Below, piece by piece: positions 57,601 through 64,000 of a DNA stretch of 64,000 bases; position 1 is the first letter of the stretch; each line of letters opens with the position of its first letter. The DNA comes from Macrostomum lignano (Eukaryota), in the NCBI GenBank assembly GCA_002269645.1, contig NIVC01000455.1, positions 410,246-474,245 on the forward strand, written 5' to 3'. Position numbers and translations under genes: made by a program. The notes under the pieces were generated by a model, which saw only the letters and a list, made by a program, of their open reading frames with translations, searched no databases and was not told where the DNA came from.

Positions 57601-58297
57601 TGATGTAAAAATAATAAATACTATAAAATAGAAAAATAAAATTTTTAGTATATTGGATGTAAAATAAAAAAGAATATCAAATAAGTGAAATAAAATAAAT
57701 ATATTTTACAATATAGATGCCTAGTAAAATACTTAGGGCCTTTAGTTAGTTAGACTAACAATCTATATTAAATAGCGACTGATACTGACTTGATGAAAAA
57801 ATACTGACTTGGTCTTGTTAGTCTTAATTTAGTTAGTCTGGCTTAAAAATTGATAGCTTTCTTAAGACCAAGTCAAAAACAATATGAAATTCGTATTGGT
57901 AAATAGTGTCTGTTTTTAATTACATGGACAGGTCTAGTACAAATTAGGATAGTTGCGAATATGCATTCAAAGGGAACAACACACACTTGAGACTATTCGC
58001 AACTTTGCACTTATAAAATGAAAAGGAAACAATGAAAATGGCATGGCATAAAATGTGTCGTTGACTACCACTTCGCATAAAAACAGTTAAATAATTTCGC
58101 GCGTGCCTATCAGAAGCAAAATTAAAAAGAATCCGAAACCTCCGAGCTATTTTCTAAAGAAAATTTGTATTCATTAGTAAATTTCAGTAAGATTTCAATT
58201 TTTTTACAGTATTAAAAGTTTTGTGCAAAAATATTTGTTCGAAATGAAACCTCTGAAAAACCTCAAAACCTCCGAAACCTCTCGATGAGAATCACCC
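54610..58297. mobile_element. Complete 3688-bp long-TIR DNA transposon with a 9-bp TSD (Mutator/MULE-like), internally decayed
   Basis: TIRs GGGTGATTCTCATCGAGAGG... of ~212 bp (54610-54821, 58086-58297); TSD AACTATATA at 54601-54609 and 58298-58306. Long TIRs with a 9-bp TSD are typical of MULEs. No intact ORF. Confidence 0.88.
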
Positions 58298-59794
58298 AAC
58301 TATATAGAATTGGTTCGGATCTGCCAAGAAAAAAGCAGTATAACTATTTACCTTGGTTGAATGTTTGACAGTCTTAACAGCCTCACTTTGGACGATTTTT
58401 CACTCTCTTCTTGACTATTGCCATTCAATAATTAGAACTTAACTTAAAATTACAATTAAAAGCACTAGGACCCGTAGTGGTGGTGGTAACGTAGTACGAG
58501 CGTAATTTAGTAGTCGATAATTTAAGTGCTACATGTTGTACTAGCACTTTTGCTTTCCTCTTACAATTTGATACCCCAGCGGTCGTTGAATCAGTACTTG
58601 AATAGGAATGTGGCAAAAGCTCAGGGAATAAACCCGCCGGTCTCCTCGGGGTGCAGGTGCAGTTGAGTATAAACAGCGATCTACACGCACTCGTATCTAT
58701 AAAACAAAGCAGCATTTGTCCCGATGCTCGCTTCAAATTCAACTTTCTGCGTAGGTTTCAGCATAAGCAACGATACAGGTGTTTATTTGCACAGGCGCTT
58801 CTGGTTCCTGTCGATTTTCTAAATGTTGAGTTACAATCCATGCATTACAGCCAGTGGGATTCATGCGCACGTTGCAAGCAAGCCGCTTGAAATGACGATT
58901 CAAAATTTAACAGCAAAGCTTGTAACGGTGATTAAACTGACTGAAATATCTGCGTGCACACTTTTTATAATGTTATATAAAAAATCAGCTCAGCATTCCT
59001 TGTATTACAATACATATACGTATAGCTTGATAAGAACAAGAAATTGCACTTGCATTTTTCTGGTTGAGTGTCTCAGAAAATGAATTATACTTAGTTAGAC
59101 AGAGACGCAATTATAATCGCTGAAATGCATTTCGAATGGCTCGAATGCATATTAAACAAAATCTACTACAGAATCTTGGCATGTTTTTTTCAATCTATTG
59201 CATCCCCATAGGACTTGATCATGAATAAGGGACGTGATCGAAAGAGTTTGTACTGCATGTACGTAATTAAATAGACAAATTCGGTTAAGAAAAATCTGCA
59301 CTAGAAAAGCGTAGAAACCTGGATCTCTGAAAATAAAGCTTTTTTGGGGATTGCTACCATATTTTATATCTTGTTGTTGCAAAACCGCGCCAAATTGAAC
59401 TCGAAAAGTCTACGATGTACTTTTGTATGTGTATAAAGTGACTTAATCAGAGATGACAAACTTCACGAATTTATACATGTACTCGTATTGAAAACATTAT
59501 TATGCACCCTAACCATGAAAAACGAATAACTATAAGATTCATAATTTATCAATTTCAGCTTGCAAAAATTAGAATAAGGAAAAGGAGAAAAGGTGATGAA
59601 TATACAATGAATATAAAATATACAATTCAGGCAACTGAATCATGAAGGTTCGGCTCGTGCATTACACTAGAATGGATTTTGTCAGAATTGATTATAGTAT
59701 CGTTTTCCCTGCGAAGTTCGAAATTGAAGGCTCATTTGTTCGAATTCGAAAGCAAAACGGTGAACGATCTTTTTAAGCCACATCGTCACAATTC

Positions 59795-61060
59795 CTAAGA
59801 AGCCGGGCACCACAAGGCTTGAGGAGCATTGAGGTATCTGCCTTCAGTCCTGCGCTGCGATGCTGCTATCGCGGTTGCAGCCCGTGCTCGATCCGTACTG
59901 CGTCCTGAGCAGAACGACTTCGGCCCCATCGCGGCACATTGACGCAGATCCTGGCTCTTTGCCGAGTCATCTAGGAGGCGCGGACACGCCAGTCGATCCT
60001 GATTGTAATCTTCATAGATTTCAAGAAGGCATTCGACTCGGTCATCAGCTCTGTGCTCCAAAGGTGCTCCGTGCGTACAACGCGTGCCAGAGCATCTGAT
60101 TTCCGCAATCATGGTGATGTACCGCCTATCGGACTTCTTTGAGACATCCTCCGGGGTGCTTCAAGGAGATACGCTTGCGCCGTTTCTGTTCGTTCTGGTG
60201 CTTGACTGGGTGCTGAAGACCGCTATTCCTACCTACGACCACGGCTTTCTGTTGCGGCAGCGCGTGGGTCGACGTAAACCGGAGAGACGGCTCAGCGTGC
60301 TTGGCTACGCCAACGATCTCGCACTGTCGTCTTCAACTGTCGAGGCTGCCCAGCGACAGCTGGAAAAGCTAGTTGCTGTTGCGGCGAGTGTCGGGCTAGT
60401 TGCCAACACGCAGAAAATCGTCGTGCTCTGCGTGCCGGACGACATCGAGGCTGCGATTTTGTGCCGAGGCGCTGATAGAGAGACAGCAGAGCTTCCGCGT
60501 TGTCAGCAGTTCGTCTACCTCGGCGGTCTGGTTCCCGGTGTCCGCGAGGATTTGCGGTGTCGCCGCGGCTTGCCTGTGGCTCCTTTCGTTCTGTGAGGGC
60601 AGTCCTGCAGTCTGAGGCCTTACATGACCGCCAGAGGGCGGCGTTGTTCCAGGCAGTGATCGAGACCGTCCTGCTGTACGACGCCGAGACCTGGACGCTG
60701 ACGGAGCCACTCTAGCAACAAGTTGACGCGGCGCATGCTGGCCTGCTGCGCGCCGCCTTCAAGATCGGCTACGAGCAAGTGACCAACGCGGCTTTGTATC
60801 GCCGCGCCGGCCTCGTCCGTCCAAGCGATGTGTTCCGCCGTCGGCGACTCCAGCTGGCAGGCCACATCATCCGCGCCGAGTAGTACTGCCCACAACCGGT
60901 GCAGAAGGTGCTGCTGCTAACGCTGCAGACACCCTACTGGAAGGGGCAGGCCCGCACTCGCCGTTTCGTCGACTGCCTGCTGGCTGCAGACGCCGGCGCC
61001 CCGGATATGGCCGGCGGCGTGGCGTTCATTCGCGACCTGACCTTGAGGCGCGCCTTGTGA
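59795..61060 (+). mobile_element. 5'-truncated, decayed RTE-clade LINE (reverse transcriptase and C-terminus)
   Basis: Across frameshifts and stops: KKPGTTRLEEH, FIDFKKAFDSV, GVLQGDTLAPFLFVLVLD, LGYANDLAL (YADD changed to YAND), FVYLG, VLLYDAETWTLT and RLQLAGHIIR; stop 61058-61060. Confidence 0.92.
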
Positions 61061-61997
61061 CGCTGAAAACCTCGCCAACATGCACTCAGCAACTTGTAAA
61101 GTTTCCACCCCGAAACCAGCAGTCAACAAGTGCCAGCTCGAAGCAAAATGAGCCATAACTCTCCACTTTTTCCTCACCAGCCTAAGCTGGGGGCCTCGGA
61201 ACTTGCATCACCCATAGTTGAGCCAGAACTGCAGGCGTAATGTTGTGAATTGCATCCCTTGTGGTCTGAGATCAGAAAACAGTTGAAACGTGTTGCTGAG
61301 TTTGAGAAGAAACTGAGCCATATGATCTCGGCATGATTTGAGTCAGGAGTCGGAAGTCAATACTTATTCCGCCAGGTCACTGCCTGGCTCAGCAGTATGC
61401 AGTGCAGAGCCTAGATCTGCTTATACTGCAGACAACTCATTCCCAAGCTCGCCCATCTCAATTAATCGTTACGATATGAAAATTATCGGAAAATTTTATC
61501 TGCAAGCATACAATTATCCTGTGCTGTCTGTGCAATCATTGGCGAAATAAATACATGTAGGATTGTCTGTAGTTCAATAGTAATGCAGTTGTACTTTATA
61601 TCGGAGTGAGCTACACTTGGCGGACCCGCCCATCTCTCTGGCTAAAAAACTTTGCTTTGATGCGTGGAAGCTGACGTAATTATATTGATACAGCCGTGGG
61701 ATTGCACCGGCTTGCGCCTGGGGAATAAAAAACTCCGCGTTCTCAGCTATTATTTTTCAGTGAATGCAAGCCTCCTCTTCCCACCCAGCAACCTGCAGTA
61801 GCCGCCGCCCCTATGAGATGCTGCTGGCAATTCAATTCAATTTTTACGACCTACGCCCATCCTTTGGGTCCGCGGTGCAGCTGATGCGGAGGCAAGGCAG
61901 GGAGTTGTTAATAAACCCGGCAGGCTCTTTGCCTCACCGCTGATATGACAGTGATTATTGTTGTGCATGGAGCTCTAAAAATATTATCTGGATTAGT

Positions 61998-62510
61998 ATT
62001 ATTAGTGTCTGACTTACAGTGTAGTGTCTCTTATTAGTGTCTGACTTACAGTGTAGTGTCTCTTATTAGTGTCTGACTTACAGTGTAGTGTCTCTTATTC
62101 TGACTTAGAGTGTCGTGTCTCTTACTAGTGTCTGACTTACAGTGTAGGTCTCTTATTAGTGTCTGACTTACAGTGTAGTGTCTCTTATTAGTGTCTGACT
62201 TACAGTGTAGTGTCTCTTATTAGTGTCTGACTTACAGTGTAGTGTCTCTTATTAGTGTCTGACTTACAGTGTAGTGTCTCTTATTAGTGTCTGACTTACA
62301 GTGTAGTGTCTCTTATTAGTGTCTGACTTACAGTGTAGTGTCTCTTATTAGTGTCTGACTTACAGTGTAGTGTCTCTTATTAGTGTCTGACTTACAGTGT
62401 AGTGTCTCTTATTAGTGTCTGACTTACAGTGTAGTGTCTCTTATTAGTGTCTGACTTACAGTGTAGTGTCTCTTATTAGTGTCTGACTTACAGTGTAGTG
62501 TCTCTGATTA
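61998..62510. repeat. 32-bp minisatellite TTATTAGTGTCTGACTTACAGTGTAGTGTCTC (~16 copies, very homogeneous)
   Basis: Period 32. Confidence 0.97.
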
Positions 62511-63301
62511 GTTTGGATTTCCTATTCGATTTTTTTATACGAGCTAAATGATAGTGTATATGGGTAATGAAATTATGCAAATGTCGTTCGAGTGCCATGC
62601 AGTGCCGTACTCAGCGCTGACTGATTAATACCCCACGAAAAAGCGCAGCCAGCAGATCAATAACAGCACTCGTTGACCTCATCATGTTTTAGTGCTTTAG
62701 CCTGGCTTGTAAAATCTGTTTACTTGCTCACAAGTAGCAACAGCTGGACTTCTTGAGCACCTGTTCACTTCCTTATTTCTACAGTAGACACACAATGACA
62801 ATAGGCTTTAAGGCTGGACGTTTAATAACAGCGCTGAAGAAAACTTGCCTAGTTAACAAATATTAATTAGGGGTTTTGTTTGTTCATATTTTACTATTGA
62901 AACTGGTCATACGATCGTACTTGGTGTACTTGATAAAATCTCAAACAGGAAGCATCTCTTACGGAATCGCTGGCACCGAATAGTTTTGTCCTATAATAAA
63001 TTCGGATTTCACCAATTCGCGGAATCAACGAGCCGTGATGGATCGTTTGTACCAATAAATCCGGCAATTTCCAGTGAGTTGCCGGATCAGCAGTCATCGT
63101 ATCGGGATCAGTTGCTGAGGAGCGGGCCTCCTGTACCCTCTACTCAGATCTTATCCTATCGCATTGCATTTCTCGCAACTTAATTTTCACTATTCCTATG
63201 GAGCCCGCCCTGATCCGCAAACCGGTTCCCAATGTCTATCCGCAAATCTCTGTTTAGCATTTGGTCACTTGCGCCAACAAGTCCAACTGTTACTCAGTGG
63301 C

Positions 63302-63635
63302 TCATTGCCCAGCGTCGAAGCAGTTATTCACCAGATACGTCATCACCGCGTCCGAGAAGAGCCGCGACTGTCGCAGCCGGTTGAGCATCTTCTCCTGCTC
63401 GGAGCCGTCGGTCAGGAACACGATCTTGTCCTGCAGGCCGGTGAGGTACAGCAGCGGCACCAGAAGCCGGCGCAGCAGGTAGGGCAGCCGGTAGAGCACG
63501 GCGTACGCAATCTGGCAGGGCAGCAGTTTGAGCACCTCGGCAACCGAGCTCACGGTGTCCACCGTGCAGTGACTTGGGTTCAGGTGGGCGCAGTCGAAGA
63601 ACAGACAGACGCCGTGCTGAGTTTTCGGCAAATAT
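63302..63635 (-). CDS. Exon of a CRAL-TRIO/Sec14-like lipid-binding domain protein
   Basis: Acceptor TTCTCCAG at 63636-63638, phase 2. YLPKTQHGVCLFFDCAHL...LLPCQIAYAVLYRLPYLL...LQDKIVFL resembles the GxxxxFD...P...xxxxPW...KIxF core. Ends at stop 63302 or splices at GTGAAT (63331). Confidence 0.65.
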
Positions 63636-63759
63636 CTGGAGAAGATTGGGTGCCGAAAATTTCGGCGTGCAACTAATTGGCTTTAAACCTGATTTGAAAG
63701 TACATAATTCGCTCGCGGTAAAATCACTAAAATCGGATTTCTAATTTAGCAGTTCATAC

Positions 63760-64000
63760 TCGATACAAACGATGATGAAGTGGAACAGGTGCGCCAGGTA
63801 GGCGGGCAGATCGGCCACGGCGAGTCCCATGGAGCTGCGCAGGCTGAAGGACGAGAAAATAACCGGCCGGCCCAGAGTGTCCAACCCGGCCATCTCGATG
63901 AGGTGGAAGCCCGGCTTGTGCAAGCAGACGGTGCAGACCTCGATGTTGCCCAGCCCGAGCCGTCGGTAGGTCGGCGGATGGCCTCGAGCCGCTCCAGCGC
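63760..64000 (-). CDS. Upstream exon of the same CRAL-TRIO-like gene (runs off the window)
   Basis: EMAGLDTLGRPVIF matches the GxDxxGRPV motif; donor GA|GTATGA at 63759 is phase-compatible with the next exon. Confidence 0.65.

Noticed and set aside
58425-59382. Short ORFs between the long-TIR element and the RTE relic
   Set aside because: No recognisable motifs, splice context or codon bias like the real exons.

Overview
Eukaryotic (metazoan) genomic DNA, not prokaryotic. GC-rich spliced exons, introns filled with (TCTG)n and minisatellites, TTAGGG tracts and a tandem Ly6/uPAR gene suggest a free-living flatworm such as Macrostomum; this is inference, not shown by the sequence. (1) About 0.3-33.2 kb is a same-strand, head-to-tail stack of about 18 non-autonomous Helitron-like units. 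Each has a 5' TC..TATACTAAA head with a microsatellite and a 3' GC hairpin followed by CTAG, and no RepHel ORF is in the window. The units use different heads and 3' ends, each has amplified a different internal minisatellite, and one contains a ~1 kb higher-order repeat. Many junctions carry stacks of 3-6 nt prefixes of the element's own 5' end (15 at 24220-24280). A tRNA-derived SINE with a 15-bp TSD is nested inside one unit. (2) 33.2-41.5 kb holds an RTE endonuclease relic, the last two exons of a tandem three-finger (Ly6/uPAR) probably GPI-anchored protein, a dead copy of a Polycomb-like PHD1 exon, an I-group LINE with an inverted half of RNase H, and several minisatellites. (3) 42.6-51.1 kb (minus) holds a 4-exon Polycomb-like (Pcl/PHF1/MTF2/PHF19 family) gene of about 860 aa, whose Tudor cage and winged-helix lysine loop look degenerate, and just upstream a multi-C2H2 zinc-finger gene with a 1-nt frameshift. 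(4) 53.9-64 kb holds a foldback MITE (8-bp TSD) abutting a 3.7-kb long-TIR element (9-bp TSD), a 5'-truncated RTE reverse transcriptase relic, a 32-bp minisatellite and two exons of a CRAL-TRIO/Sec14-like gene. All homology calls were made by eye from remembered family motifs; no searches were run.
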